Assembly: GCF_037042905.1 (NCBI RefSeq)
Contig: NC_087251.1
Coordinates: 18,602,001 to 18,666,000 of the forward strand
DNA: 64,000 bases
Origin: Lytechinus pictus
Lineage: Eukaryota
Direction of reading: 5' to 3'
Below are positions 25,155 to 39,063 of the stretch, one piece after another. The number at the start of each line of letters is the position of its first letter. The stretch's first letter is position 1. The position numbers and the translations under genes were made by a program. Under the pieces are notes generated by a model, which was given only the letters and a program-made list of their open reading frames with translations, was not told where the DNA came from and ran no database searches.

Positions 25155-26395
25155 TAATATATACTTTTCTGACGTGTACAATCATATTCTTTGATAACAT
25201 CCACAATCCACATATTGAGGCTCAACTTGCAGCCGAACTCAGTACAGTTTACCTGGATGTGTACTCATGCATGCGTATGGTAGTCAAGTATTTACACACT
25301 AGAAAACGAACAGAGAAAATCACAAAAGGGACACACTGCTTTTCAGATTGCTGCATTTATTGTGTTTACCCACAACTATGCCATGCCATAATTTAGATAC
25401 TATACATGTAGATCAAGTTTTGATCTTTAGCAGGGATGAATTGCTTTTGACATGCTAGGTATGGGGTCAGGAGTTAGGAGAAGTGTCAGCTCAGTTTTGT
25501 ATTGTTGTTGTGTATAAAAGTGTATCTATGACTGCAGGCCATTCTTGGTGTCTCTTTTCTCTGATGGAAAGAAAAAATGGCAAAATTCAGGAATGTCAAG
25601 TGTAGTAGTTCTGACATATTTCATAAGGCTCATCTCATATGATCTAGTCCCTCTTCATCTACAAAGCTATTGTCACTGAAATAGCAACTATCATAATTTT
25701 AACATGTCATCTTAATTACCATTTATTTAGTAATTTTGATATGTTCCTTTTTTTCTGGTTTCTTATTTAATTGAGCGTTACCCATTTCAACCAATATCAA
25801 AGAAATGGTCATTGCAAAGAAACAAAACCCTGCAAACACCTTGCCCTAGTTGAAAATATATATCAATTGATGCTGTTGAACTTTTTGCTAAATATTACCT
25901 GTTGAATAATGAATAAGAATTAGATCAGCATTCAATTCCATTTAAAGTTTGCAAGATCTATATTGATTGTAATTTTCATGCGACATACTAGACTAAATGG
26001 TAATGTGGCAATTATGTGACATTACATGTATTTATAACCCGAAGCAAATACAATAAAATAGGTCTAATCAGACCAAAGAGTAATTATAAACCTACATCAG
26101 TGCTTTAATACTGTAGTGTAAAGAAGGAAGTTGGTGTAGTGTAATTCATTTTCATGGAAGTCTATCAGAGACTTTTCCCTTTTTGCTCATGTCCGTGTAT
26201 TATTGTTAGTCTGTGAAATACTTAGTACCTATGATATCCCTTTTTTCATAAAGGGGAGAAATTTGTTTTTTCTGTTCTGTGTGTGTACTATATTCAATGC
26301 TTCTGAGCTAGGCCTTACATGTCATACATGTACACCAGGAGTAATTAGACTGAAGTGAAAATGAACAGGGGCCTACAATTCAAAGGAGAATATTG

Positions 26396-26740
26396 CCGGG
26401 GGGGGGGGGGGCACTTGACTATATTTCTGTGCACACGCACGACCACAGGTTTTAAAAACCCACCCTAAATAAGTTTTATCCATTGGTCAAATCTATACCA
26501 TATTCAAGTAGTTTCACTTGCTTTTTGGACAATTTTGCCCCCTAAACAAGTATAACCCATGAAAATTATATGTTTTACCCCACAACCATACCCTTTTTTT
26601 TCCTGATTTTGTCCTTTTTGACACCCTCAATGCGTCATGCCACGTGATGCGCCATGATCAACAAAAAGTACCCTTTTTTACATAGATTTTTTTTTTGCGT
26701 ATGCACAGCAATGTACATGTAGTTGAGTGGCTCCCCTGGG
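26396..26740. mobile_element. Poly-G-ended non-autonomous element, 8-bp TSD (7/8 match)
   Basis: gaatattg|CCGGGG...GCAC ... GAGTGGCTCCCCTGGG|aaatattg. Confidence 0.7.
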
Positions 26741-27269
26741 AAATATTGTCATGGTATGAATTTGATGACCCTCAAATCACGAAGCATATTCTTTGCCCTT
26801 AGCATGGTTTAGCACAACATATAATCACATTGATATTGAAAATTACAGATGTATGAGACTAGGTGGATCAGATAGCCCGAGATTATAATACCCATTTCAC
26901 ATGAAAATAGGCCTACATGAAAATACAAGCTATTGCAGAGGTACCTTTATTTCATCGGTGGTCATCCAAACCATCATATCACACATACGACGGTGCAAGC
27001 CCATTTCAGAGAAAACCTACTTCAAAGTTTAGTTTACTATAATTTTCACACTTAGTTTCCCAGCCTTACAACATATTCATTGCTAGAAAAATACATGGTT
27101 GGGAAGGCCAAGACAATTGCTTGACATTGGTATCTTTATTTTTACACAAAACAAAGGATCAGAGAAAATATCGCAAAAGAGCTGCATGCTTGTAATTTTG
27201 GCTTGCGTGGTTTAGATTTTCCCTGTACAAAAACACCATATGAGATAAAACAACACTGACCACGATTTC

Positions 27270-27835
27270 AATCAGATTCAGATTCATTCATTTATTATTG
27301 ATCCATGGTAAAATACATAGAAATTTGGCCTCCACTGGCTGTACATACAAATGATATAAAGTATACAAACACAACGACATTTACATTGGGCGAATATATT
27401 GAAAGAAAATATACATAAACAATTCAAACAGATATTGCAATACAACATAGAAGGGAAATGTCAAATAATTTACCCATTAAAGACAAAGAGTGAGAAACGG
27501 CTGAGAGTTAACTAAGAGATAGATGGAAAAGACCATGCAAGCAAGAAGAGAAAGAATAAGTTGGATAGAAACAAAGGTGGACACAGTGGAGAAAGAAAGT
27601 GAGCGAAGAAGATAGAGGGAAATCATAGCAGAGAGACAGAGAGAGATAGAGAGGGAGAGAAACAAAAAAGCTTAAACGGAATGATAATTAGGTATTACAA
27701 ATTGAAGCAAGGATACTCAGCTTTATATTAGGTTAAAAGTAATTACAAAATAAAAAACTTTGACTTTGGAGTGCATAACAAGCTGGGAAGGAAAGAGGCA
27801 AGAATGGGCTGGGGATCGATTGCAAGTGCGTTCGA
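27270..27835 (-). mobile_element. Probable LINE 3' end
   Basis: On the minus strand: pyrimidine-rich UTR-like region, AATAAA, then a short (tctgaa/tgaa)n tail. Confidence 0.4.
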
Positions 27836-28713
27836 ATTGAATTGAATTACTTAAAATAATGATAATAATGATAATGTGCGTGATCAGTCAAAACATCGTA
27901 TCACTTTTTATCGTGCAAAGTCAATGCAGTGCCGATATGACGGTTTGGCTGACCGCGCATTTGCATATTAAGTGCGCGCAGCTGTTTGCTCTGCCACAGT
28001 ACACATTTCCAATGAGATTTGCGCATTTTATCAACAATTTGTGTGGCATTGCCGTGAAAATCCCCTCATATCTCAGAAACTAGAATAAATTGCTGCCTAG
28101 AAATTTAGTTATGAATAGAATAGGACTTGTACCTTCATTTTCTGCAAAAATTGATATTTTGACAAAAATTTACTGATGAGACGGTTCGGATGAACGCCGA
28201 CGGTATGCTCACCTGATTATCTCAAAACACCCTTGTTTTCCATGTAGACATACATGTTGCATGTCTTTTCTTGTCTGAAGTTTTCACTGCATTGCATTTA
28301 TATATACATGTATAATGTTAGCTTGTGGGCAATTGTGTGGATCTTAAAAGATAATAAATCATTCATTTCAATATTGAATGCTCCATTAGTAGATGTTTGC
28401 CCCAAAGAGGAAACATCAATGATGCACAAGTAAACAAACATTGGCAACACTAGCAGATTTAATTTGGGTACCTGTGTGTCGTGTCAACCTCATTGTGATG
28501 TATCCCATGTTCTATATTCATGGTAAGTCAATCTAGGAGCTGATTGAATGTTGGACATGATGGAATGCAACACAGAAATGGACAGAGCCAGACAGTTGGA
28601 GACATTATATGCAGTGGGTGGGTACTAATTAAGTGGCGAGTTTGATTAGAGTTCATATAATACATACATGCATTGTACTGAGCAAAGAGGGTTTTCAACT
28701 TTTCATATTCTAT

Positions 28714-29346
28714 TACCCTTTTTACACACGCTAAAATTTCCTTAACCCCGTACTATAGGTGGGGCTAAATTGCTATTTAGCCCCACCTATAGTACGGGGT
28801 TAAGCTTAGCCCACTTTCTTTTTACACAGCATTTTTGCAAAGTGGGCTATCCCCACCTTTAGTACGGGATTATTTGGCCCTACAAAAAAGCAGGGTTATC
28901 CCAGCAATTGCGGTGCTAAGAGCGATAGTACGGGGTTAAGATCGCTAGTGTAAAACGTAAGTGGGCTAAGCGCTCCCATTCATGCCCCGCAACAGAGCCG
29001 GCCCTGTTGTCCAATCAGAGGTAATAAAGCATAATGAATATTCATGAACAGCGAACACGGCGATGAGAAATTCCGAAAGAAGTACTTGTACTACGAATGA
29101 TCGACAAATGTATTTAAAGCGCGCGCGATTTTGGATATGACCCGAATGACCACAGTGCGCTCGTGAATATTCATGAGCTACCACTAGTCCAGGGTTAGCG
29201 AGTTTCGTGTGTGAAAAGCAAGCATTCCTTATCCGGGGTTAGCAATAACAATTTGGCATGTGTGAAAAGGAAAAAAAATAGTACGGGGTTAAGGATAGTA
29301 CGGGGTTAGCGATAGTCCGGGGTTAAAATCCTGTGTAAAAAGGGTA
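28714..29346. mobile_element. MITE family D with aaccccgtactat repeats (Harbinger-like)
   Basis: TAT|TACCCTTTTTACACA...TGTGTAAAAAGGGTA|TAT; internal ~65-bp hairpin; homologous to 63341-63893. Confidence 0.9.
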
Positions 29347-30285
29347 TATGTTTCGTTTGGTACTCGTACGTGGGAAAGAAGAAATGATGGTATACAATTA
29401 GCGAATAGGTATGAGTGCGATGGTGGAAGATTTTGCATGAGGTGAAAGATGCTCTATTCAATGAGGCGTAGCAGAGTTGAATAGAGTCTCTTTTTTTCAC
29501 AGAATGCGAAATATCACATCATTGCATGAATAAGAATATTCGCTATTTGCGTGGTACAACGCCTCAAAAGTAAGCGAAATTACAAACAATAATAGATTTT
29601 TCCCTATAAAGGAAAATGATAAAGATGATTAAAAGCAAAAAGCAAAATCCCTCAAACGCGAATCTGATCTGCAGCAATGCGCATTTCGCCATTAAGCCCT
29701 ACACATATTGCACTTGTATTATTTACTAAGTGCAGTGAATTGAATGGTAACATGACGTCAGACCGTGCAATGGTACATTATGGACGGTACGTGTGCAGCA
29801 GTACAAATGTTTGACCAACTTAGTAGGGTCCATGGGTTGACATTCAGCCTTCCATTTGCTCGCGTACAGCAAGCTATTGCACTACATGTACATGTAGCCC
29901 TGTTGATTTTTAGATTCATGGGTACATAATTATGCATGTATACATTTGAATGTTTATTACCAGTTGAGATGGTGCCGTGCAGGAGGGGGTGGGGGATGTC
30001 AACCCCAATATTGGGTCTCGGGAAGCGCTAATCAGATTGTGCTGGGGAATAATGAATGGAAATTTTTTAACGTGAGTTTCCAGCCAGGCATCTATTAATA
30101 GAAGGGTTAACAATAATAAATTAAAATGATATTAACTAATTATGAATAAAGTAAATAATGAATAAAGTGAAATAAAAAATGAATAAATAAGTTTACAAAG
30201 TAATAATGAATGAATAAATAATTTAAAAAATAGGATGTCAACCAAGAGCTACTTCTTCATATTGCATGGCTCTCCCCCTTCCATG

Positions 30286-30729
30286 CCCGGGGGGGGGGGG
30301 GGGGGGGGGGGTATCCAAATTATATTTTGAATGGGGTGTGCCTCACGAAACCCTGAAATGGGGGTCTAAGGAACTGACCACAAGGGTAAAATATGGGGTC
30401 TTGGGAACTAAATATATACTGGGCGGTATGAAAACCAGCCAATGAAACGGGATCACGGTACAGTACATGTACGTACGGTGCACGCTTGTGCTGTGCAGTT
30501 GTCAAGCCATGCATGCAGCTCTCGCATGTGGTACTTGCGCTGGACAATTTTGGCAGGGCAAGGGAACTGAGATGTTTCGTAACAGGTCTTGTGAGCGGGG
30601 CGGCCCTGGCGGCTTCTGAATGGAATTTTGTCATTCAAAGTATCTAGAGAACTGAAAATTAGGTCTGAAAAAGGGGGTCAGCAAGCGGCACATCCCCGTA
30701 CCACCATTATATGTGAGTGATCCCCCCGG
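30286..30729. mobile_element. Poly-G-ended non-autonomous element, perfect 8-bp TSD
   Basis: CTTCCATG|CCCGGGG...GAGTGATCCCCCCGG|CTTCCATG; internal (g/a)gaactg repeats. Confidence 0.85.
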
Positions 30730-30916
30730 CTTCCATGATCACCCTCATCAGCAGTGTAAGTCAACGTGAGCACATTTTGTGGAGTGTGTGCCATACATCT
30801 GTACAAATAATATTCTAATACTTTCATAATTGAATGCAACTGCCTGAAATACAATTGTTTTTATAGCTTCTAAAAAATGTTTTGGGGATCTGATTTCATT
30901 CTCAATTATATTCTGT

Positions 30917-31200
30917 GGAGCGTTGCGGCCCGGTGGATTAGTCTTCTGACTTTGAAACAGAGGGTTATGGATTTGAATCCCAGCCATGGCATAAATTCCT
31001 TCAGCAAGAAATTAATCCACATTGTGCTGCACTCAAACCGAGGTGAGATAAATGGGTACCTGGCAGGAATTTATTGCTTGAAATAAAAATGCCATCGTGC
31101 TGTAAAAGGCTGCGGGCTAAAGCAAGGGTAATAATATCCTATTTAGCGCATAGGGACGCATTTGGCAGTGATATACGCTATATGTTGGTATTATTATTAT
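30917..31200 (+). mobile_element. tRNA-derived SINE
   Basis: A/B-box-like head, aaatgggtacc core, (tat)n tail; homologous to 52698-53021. Confidence 0.85.
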
Positions 31201-31791
31201 TCTTCTAATGTACAGTGTGATATGTACATGTAAACAAAGCTTTGAAATATACTTCATCACCAATGATAGCTATAACAGGATACATGCATGTGGTGTGCTG
31301 TAGAAAAAAGTGTACATACATATTAACATCCTTTACCAATCAGGATCTAATTGAAGATAGGCTAGATTAGGTCTCATTAAAAATACATCAAGCTCTTTCA
31401 ACTCAAGATGGATTAGTTCTTAACGCCTGACTGATATGGCAGTCTACATGGTGTCAGAAGCTGTAGAGTTTAGGCTCATGGGTTATCGCACATATATCTG
31501 TCACTGTCAGTCTTATGACATGCTTTTAAGATATCATATTATGTATTGATATTCTGGATTGATTTCTAAAACATGTATTTTTCTGTAGCATCAATGTATA
31601 TACAACTTTGTGATTATATCTTAATTAAACACCAAAAATATTTTGATGAGTTTGATCATTTGATGAAAATATTGGAAGTTCCTGATTGGGCAAAATACAC
31701 AATGGCAGTTTTAAAAAAAAATCATATTCTGCAATTATCAATTTTGACACCTTTTTATAGTAAGTTTAAAGTTGGAATATATGAATATTAA

Positions 31792-32382
31792 AGGTCAAAT
31801 CCACCCAAGAAAAATGTCGATTTAAATAAATAAAGAAAATCAAACGAGCATAACGCTGAAAATTTCATCAAAATCTGATGTAAAATAAGAAAGTAATGAT
31901 ATTTCAAAGTTTCGCTTATTTTTCACAAAACAGTGATATGCATAACTTAGTGACATGCAAATGAGACAGTCGATGATGTCCCTCACTCACTCTTTCTTTT
32001 GTTTTCTACTGTTTGAATTATACAATATTTCATTTTTTATGGATTTGACGATAAAGACCAACTTGACTGAACCATATAGTATTAAGCAATGCTAATTCCA
32101 CATGTTCAGGGAGGAATTGATATTTGTTTCACTTGACAATGAGGAAAAAATAGAATATTTCATGTAATAAAATACAAAAGAAAAAGTGAGTGGATGACGT
32201 CATCAGTCTCCTCATTTGCATACTGTCCAGGATGTGCATATAACTGTTTTGTAAAATTAAACTTTAAAAATGTCATAACTTTCTTATTTTACATCCGATT
32301 TTGATGAAATTTTTCAGTGTTATGCTTGTTGAATTTTTCTTGTTCTATTCAAATCGACTTTTTATTGGGATGGACTTGTCCT
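31792..32382. mobile_element. Palindromic TTAA MITE, family B (Kolobok/T2-like)
   Basis: TTAA|AGGTCAAATCCACCC...GGATGGACTTGTCCT; homologous to the copies at 39832 and 53680. Confidence 0.88.
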
Positions 32383-33084
32383 TAAAGTTCAGTATTGCTT
32401 TTATCCTGATCCAGTGTGACATGTTTGTTAAGAGAATTTGAATGTAAGGCACATGGAGATGCATTCTTGATAGTTTTAAAGTAAAATAACACACACGTGA
32501 TATTGAGTAAAGTTATGATTACCGGTATAATGTATTCAGTCTGTAGCCTGTTAATAAGGATATACAAATTCATTGAATTCTTAATTAAATGCAACATCAT
32601 GTATACAAAATGAAACTAATACTGCCAACTTTTACATGTATGTAATTAACAATCCAATCATTTTATTACTTTGAATTGCAATTAAAATCAGGTGATGTGT
32701 CATGAATCAAAACTTGGAACAAGCTAGAGAAACAATTATTAATATCAAATTATGAGATTGATGGGTTGCCAACATTAGTTTCCATTATTGACAGTTTGGA
32801 TGTCAGAAGAATCTCAGGGATGTTATTGTTGTCATTCATCAATGGATCTTTGATTGAATTGAATAGTACCAGGAAATGATTTTGAAATAGAAATTCTTTA
32901 CTGAAGGAGGTACACTTTTACATTGTATGCAAACTTTTAGAAACTGCTGTTTATATATTTCATAAATTGCAGTAATTGTCTTATTAATTAGTTTTTATTG
33001 TTTTGCTGATGTAAAGTTTTGGCTAGGATAAATTAGTTTTCTGCCTATACATTCTGTATGTTTAATATGTGCTTGTTGTTTCAG

Positions 33085-33185
33085 ATTCAGAGCATGTGTA
33101 GTAGTAGGCAATGAAATCAGGGAAATGCTCACTCTCAAAATGCTTTAACCAGTAGTGCATTCACGCTCTGAAGTACAGAGTTCGG
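33085..33185 (+). other. Candidate non-coding exon of the plus-strand gene
   Basis: ttgttgtttcag acceptor and gtaagg donor; all three frames closed. Confidence 0.35.
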
Positions 33186-33768
33186 GTAAGGAATTCCCAC
33201 TGCGTTGCTGCTCAGTTAACAATTTCTTCTCCATCCCCCTCCACTTCAAAGGTGTGTTTTCATTATTCCTATTGTGTCAAATGAAAAGGAATTGTGATTA
33301 TTATCAATTGTTCATTCATTCATTGCAGGAGTTTTGTGATTGAATATGATTTTGGTCTGCTGATTTCATGACACTGGTAGTACAAACAGTAAGCTGTGTA
33401 TGCTGAAGATGAGCATCATTCTTGGCAAATTCAAATCGCACTGCTGTTCAGTGTCTTTATATCCAGTGATATGAATATTCACATTCTTTTATCTCTCCAT
33501 AGAGGCCTATATACATGCATGGAGCTACTAGCTCCATGATACATGTATACCCTTTTAGAACTTGCATTTTATACTCTGTGACAGTTACTGCAGAAAGTTT
33601 GTTTGTTTATAGTAAACCTTGCTGCAGTTTCCAGAATTAGCTGAATACATACATGTACTGTACATGTAGTTATCTTGACCTGTAGCTCTTATAGATATTT
33701 GTTTTGGTTGAGGTTTGATGTGGCAACACTGCCAATATAATCGGTTATTTCCTCTGATGCTCTCACAG

Positions 33769-33898
33769 ATCTACCTGGCCAGCATACAGTACTTGAGAAG
33801 ATCGAGCGAAGAGGGAAGGAAGTCTGTAGGTAGCTTGGAATTTACACATCCGGAAAATTAGAATAATTATTCACCTGAGCAGACATCACCACCTAAAG
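33769..33898 (+). other. Candidate non-coding exon of the plus-strand gene
   Basis: ctctcacag acceptor and AAAG|gtaatt donor; purine-rich; all frames closed. Confidence 0.4.
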
Positions 33899-34473
33899 GT
33901 AATTTTATTTCTTTGTTCTGTGTTAAGCAGCCTATGATTTCGTAAAGAATGAAATCTCTTGTTTATTCTCAGCTCTTCTTATGTTTTATGTATAACCTAC
34001 ATAAAAAGGGATCTAGTTAATAATGAAAATCTTTACACTGAAACTGAACTAGTTTGGGGAAGGTAGGTGAAACTGCAATGTGATATGTCTATTCGTATTA
34101 GAACTTACTATGCTCTAGCCAAATGTGACTAGAATATAGTTTAAAAATACTGCAACCAAGTGACCGCTTTTTTTAAATTTTTTTTATTAGTTATTTTAAG
34201 AGAGTTAATTCATTACCTGAGATTGAAGCATGTCTCGAAGTTGTAAGTATTGCACACTTGAAATCACACTTCAAGTTCTTTGGTGAATACATTTATATTT
34301 TGTACACATGTGCACTATTACTAGGGAAGAGCAAGGAAAAATTCCTTGGGAAGAGTCAGATGAGTTCCTTCCATTGCACAAAGAGCGATTAGCATAACAT
34401 GGCTGCGTTTTTCTGTGAGATATTTTGTTCTTCAGCTTGAGTAATTTTACACGTTCTTCGTTCGCCACTACCA

Positions 34474-36065
34474 TTTTTGTCTCGCCTGCATAGCAGAGCG
34501 AGACTATAGGCGCCGCTTTTCCGACGGCGGCGGCGTCAACATCAAATCTTAACCTAAGGTTAAGTTTTTGAAATGACATCATAACTTAGAAAGTATATAG
34601 ACCTAGTTCATGAAACTTGGACATAAGGTTAATCAAGTATTACTGAACATCCTGCCCGAGTTTCAGGTCACATGACCAAGGTCAAAGGTCATTTAGGGTC
34701 AATGAACTTAGACCATGTTGGGAAAATTATTTTCAAAATCTTAACCGAAGGTTAAGTTTTTGAAATGACATCATAACTTAAAAAAGTATATGGACCTAGT
34801 TCATGAAACTTAGGCATAAGGTTAATCAAGTATTAGTGAACATCCTGCTCGAGTTTCAGGTCACGTGACCAAGGTCAAAGGTCATTTTGGGTCAATGAAC
34901 TTTGGCCAAGTTGGGGGTATTTGTTGAATTACCATCATAACTTTGAAAATTTATGATTTATGGATCTAGTTTATGAAACTTGGACATTAGGTTAATCAAG
35001 TACCACTGAATATCCTGTGCGAGTTTCAGGTCACATGACCATGGTCAATGGTCATTTAAAGGTAAATGCTAGTTTTGGTAACGATATCAAAATGAGTTCG
35101 TACAGAATCCAATGAAATGACCACCAAAGTGTCTGTTTGTATAAATAAAACGCATGTGCCAAAGGATTCTGGAAGAAATTGTGTAATTGCTGAGAAATCA
35201 GCAAATAAGCACAGGATTCGGGTAGAGCGTCGGGCCCGACGCTCAAAGCAATAATTATACACTGTCCCACGTGCGCTTATCTGTGTTGGGGAAGTTCAGT
35301 CTGAACATTTTTCAGCGTAGATTTCAAGATTTCACAAAGTTCAGTTTATGTAACTGTACCAGATCTAGATCCTCGATGATATACTGACAATTAAGCCTGG
35401 TTTTACAGACTTTCTCATGAAATCAGTGTTTACTGCAACTACTGGAATTTCTCTTTAAGGTCAATGAACTTTGGCCGTGTTGGGGGTATTTGTTAAATTA
35501 CCATCCTAACTCTGAAAGTTTATGGATCTAGTTCATAAAACTTGGACATAAGAGTAATCAAGTATCACTGAACATCCTGTACGAGTTTCAGGTCACATGA
35601 CCATGGTCAAAGGTCATTAAAGGTCAATGACATTTGGCCGTGTTGGGGGTATTTGTTGAATTACCATCCTAACTCTGAAAGTTTATGGATGATAGGATCT
35701 AGTTCATAAAACTTGGGATATAAGAGTAATCAAGCATCACTGAACATCCCCTGTGAGTTTCAGGTCACAAAACCAAGTCAAAGGTCAGTTAAGGTCAATA
35801 AACTTTGGCCATGTTGGGGTAATTGTTGAAGTGCCATCATAACTTTGAAAGTTTATGGATAGAGTGAATGAAATGTGGACATGGGTGTAGTTGACAGTCT
35901 TAAGTCTCCGTTCAAATGTCATTTATGGTCAATGAACGTGGTATTATGTCATTATATGAATGATGTTTTTGTGAATGATTATTTTATAGTAGTTTTCAAA
36001 GTTAGCACTGCTGCTATATTAAATTGCGTAATGCAGGCGAGACTGCCAGAGGCGTTCCACTTGTT
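34474..36065 (+). mobile_element. HINE/Helentron-like non-autonomous element with internal ~165-195-bp tandem array
   Basis: Subterminal inverted 13-mers gtctcgcctgcat (34479) / atgcaggcgagac (36031); T-rich flanks; (ggc)n near the left end; at least 5 units containing agtttcaggtcac. Confidence 0.85.
35060..35454. mobile_element. TTAA MITE, family C, nested in the tandem array
   Basis: TTAA|AGGTAAATGCTAGT...ACTGGAATTTCTCT|TTAA; removing it restores the host unit ggtcatttaaggtcaatgaact. Confidence 0.85.
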
Positions 36066-36381
36066 TATCTTGTTATTCCTCTTGCCTTGCCCATGGTCTG
36101 CAAAATAACACATTGCTGACTTGGTGGAGTGTTGATACACCATAAATTGCATGTTTGCTAAGGAGAAAAGAAGTGTTTTCTGATTGGTTGGATATATAAA
36201 CAGTCCATTAAATTTACAGTCTGGACTTTTTTTTTCAGGTAAAGGTCAGGCAAAGTTAAGTTATGAATGTAGCAGTACTGCATGCTTGAATTTTGATAGA
36301 ACTTTTTAGCTTGCATTTATAGGAGGCATGTGGAAGAAACTAAAAAAAGAATTAAGAATTTAATTTGGTGTAGGCTTATAT

Positions 36382-36597
36382 GGCGCGATACATGTAGCTC
36401 AGTCGGTAGAGCGGGGGATTTGTATTCTGGTGACCCGGGTTCGATTCTCACTTGGTGCGCTAGTGCCCTTTGGTAAGGCATTAATCCTCAGTACCAGGTC
36501 CTTCAGAGAGGACCTTAAGCCATCGGTCCTCTGGTTGCTGGCTTACAAGCATTCATGCTTTCTAAGCAATCAGGTAAAAAATCACCACCACCACCAT
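36382..36597 (+). mobile_element. tRNA-derived SINE (second family)
   Basis: A box tagctcagtcgg, B box ggttcgattc, ggtaaggcattaatcc body, (cac)n tail. Confidence 0.85.
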
Positions 36598-38552
36598 TGT
36601 ACATCGACTGTCTACATGTTGATATAAAAATTATAAAGGCCATATATGATATGAATGTTTTACATATTTGATTTTAAGGAGATAGTTTATTCAGTAATCA
36701 CATAGGCCTCCATAATGTATTTATCTCCTTTGTAAATTATCATTCATTTATACACCGCCAAACTATAATGTAATTGAAAGTTAATTGTTTCTTGAAGGGA
36801 AACTGAGAATTTAGTAGACTGGTTAAATACTGATATGTTGGACTAATTCCCGGGACTAATTATGTTACTGACAAACGGCAGCATATGATGACTTGGCATT
36901 GTCGGCCCAATTGTCTCTGATTCATTACACCCAGAGCTAATTCAGTCTGTCAGAAAGGGTTTTCCGTTCGGCAGTCAAGCGAACTCTTCCGCCGTTTATC
37001 TTGTCACAAGCGTTCAGGCCAGAGATGGCGAAAGGTGCATTCTCCTCATGCCTTTAGTACGCTGTAGCAAGTGCCTTATTAAAAGAGGAGGACTTGATAA
37101 GCATTTGTTGGCAGGCCAATTTATCAGGAAAAATATTTGATGTCCTATTAAAGCCTAGCCACACTATATACCTTTTAATTATTGAACAATCTAAATATAT
37201 CAACAAATATTTGTAAAATCTTGGAATTAGGCGTAATAATCTGAATACAAACATAATGAAGTACATTGTATGAGATGCAGAAATATTCATTTTTATTTTC
37301 AGAATAAAATACATACACATGTAGTTCTAAGAATTTGTTAACAATTGTCTAATGCTGATATATTAATCGCTGTATCATTTCCTTTTATTGCAAGAAAATT
37401 ATTTTTTCTGGTACTGGCCTACAGTAATACCAACTTCCCTTTTCCAAAATGTCCTGTACAGCTGCTCCTGTTCAACTTTTATGTAAATGGGTTATTATTT
37501 TGTTCCTCAAGATATCTACATACTTATGTACAGTCAAATTCTACTAACCTACATGTATGTTTATAACAAAATTTTCTTTAAAAAAAATTGATTTTATAAT
37601 AAATATATCAAACAAACTATTGTAATATGTATGTAACAAAACTTTGTTACACCCCTGGCTCTCTGCTGTTTTAGTACAACGGAATTTGGGCACTTCAGCA
37701 TTTCAGTGAATAAATATTATTCTCTTCATGTAGAAGTCAAGATTTGTCATATTTGAAAAGTGAATTCTTTTAATTAACATCTACTTTTGGTTTCTATTGA
37801 TCACGAGGATTAGACTGATCATTAGTTTGCAAAATAAACTACAGTACCTCCCTTATGTGACAGAACTAATTAATCTTCTTGTTATGTTTTCATAATTGGT
37901 CAATTATTTTTGTTGAGATAACCCCAGTTCTGCGAAATTCATAGAAGAAACTGCCCAAAGTGATTGCAACATTTTAGTACATTCAATGTATGCTGTAAGA
38001 TTTGGGAATCACCAAATTGAAGAAATTGACTCAAGTCTGATGAGAGTTACATGAGTGGGTTATAGCAAAAAATGGCAAGAACATTACAACTACAGGTATT
38101 TGTTGTCGAAAATTGTTGCTTGAACGTGATTAAATCTAAGAATGCTTTAATTCAAATTGCAGTTGACCTTTAGTTTACTAATATTCTTCAAAAATGAAAA
38201 GGACTTGATAGCTTGCATTAAAAAATATTAATTTCCCAGCAAAGGGGTTTCCCCATGATTGACTTTGATACATTGTCAACCTATGAAATGATTATAAAAC
38301 CATTCTATGGCATCTCATATTCCAGTCTTTCATGAAATTTGCTACAGTTTTGTGAAACAGCCCCCCCCCCCCTGGTATACTTGTAGTTTTATTTTAGACT
38401 GTGACTCAGATAAAGAATGACAGGGAGCAACATGTACATGTAGACAAATGTCATGCTTGTCACTTTGGACTACATGTGTGTTTGCTAACATACTGCAGCA
38501 GGTTGTAGACTATGAGAAAGTACCAAGTTACATTTGATGATGAACTCATTCA

Positions 38553-39063
38553 TATGCTTTTCACACTGCATTTTCTTAACCCCATACTATCCTTAACCCC
38601 ATACTATCCTTAACCCCGGACTATCCTTAACCCCATACTATCTTTTTTTCGATTCACACTGTCTTTCTTAACCCGTTCTATTGCTTAGCCGGGGTTAACG
38701 CCTTAACCCGGGCAATCACACAGCTCATAAATATTGATGATTTTACCATACAGAGCGCGATTAACATGCAATTTCGACCTCTGTGATTGGCTAATGCTTA
38801 GCCCCGCTTTTGCTTAGCCCTGTTTCATTTCACACTGCATCTCTTAGCACCGCAATTGTGGTGCTAGCACCACAATAAGCCGGCTAACCCTGCTTTTTTG
38901 CAGGGCCAGATAGTACCGTACTATTTACCGTGCTAGCCCACTTTGCTAAAACGTAGTGTGAAAACGAAGTGGGCTAAGCTTAACCCCGGGAAATTGGTGG
39001 GGCTAAGGCCCCGCCCCCTTAGCCCCACCATTTTAGGAAAAAAAGTGCAGTGTGAAAAGCATA
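38553..39063. mobile_element. MITE related to family D, 3-bp TSD
   Basis: TCA|TATGCTTTTCACACTGCA...TGCAGTGTGAAAAGCATA|TCA; tandem 17-mer ccttaaccccatactat. Confidence 0.85.

Noticed and set aside
36382..36460. tRNA gene
   Set aside because: A and B boxes are present, but it continues into a SINE body and tail, has no poly-T terminator, and the 5' stem is interrupted
38575..38645. Telomere-like TTAACCCC repeats
   Set aside because: They are 17-bp internal repeats of a TIR-bounded MITE
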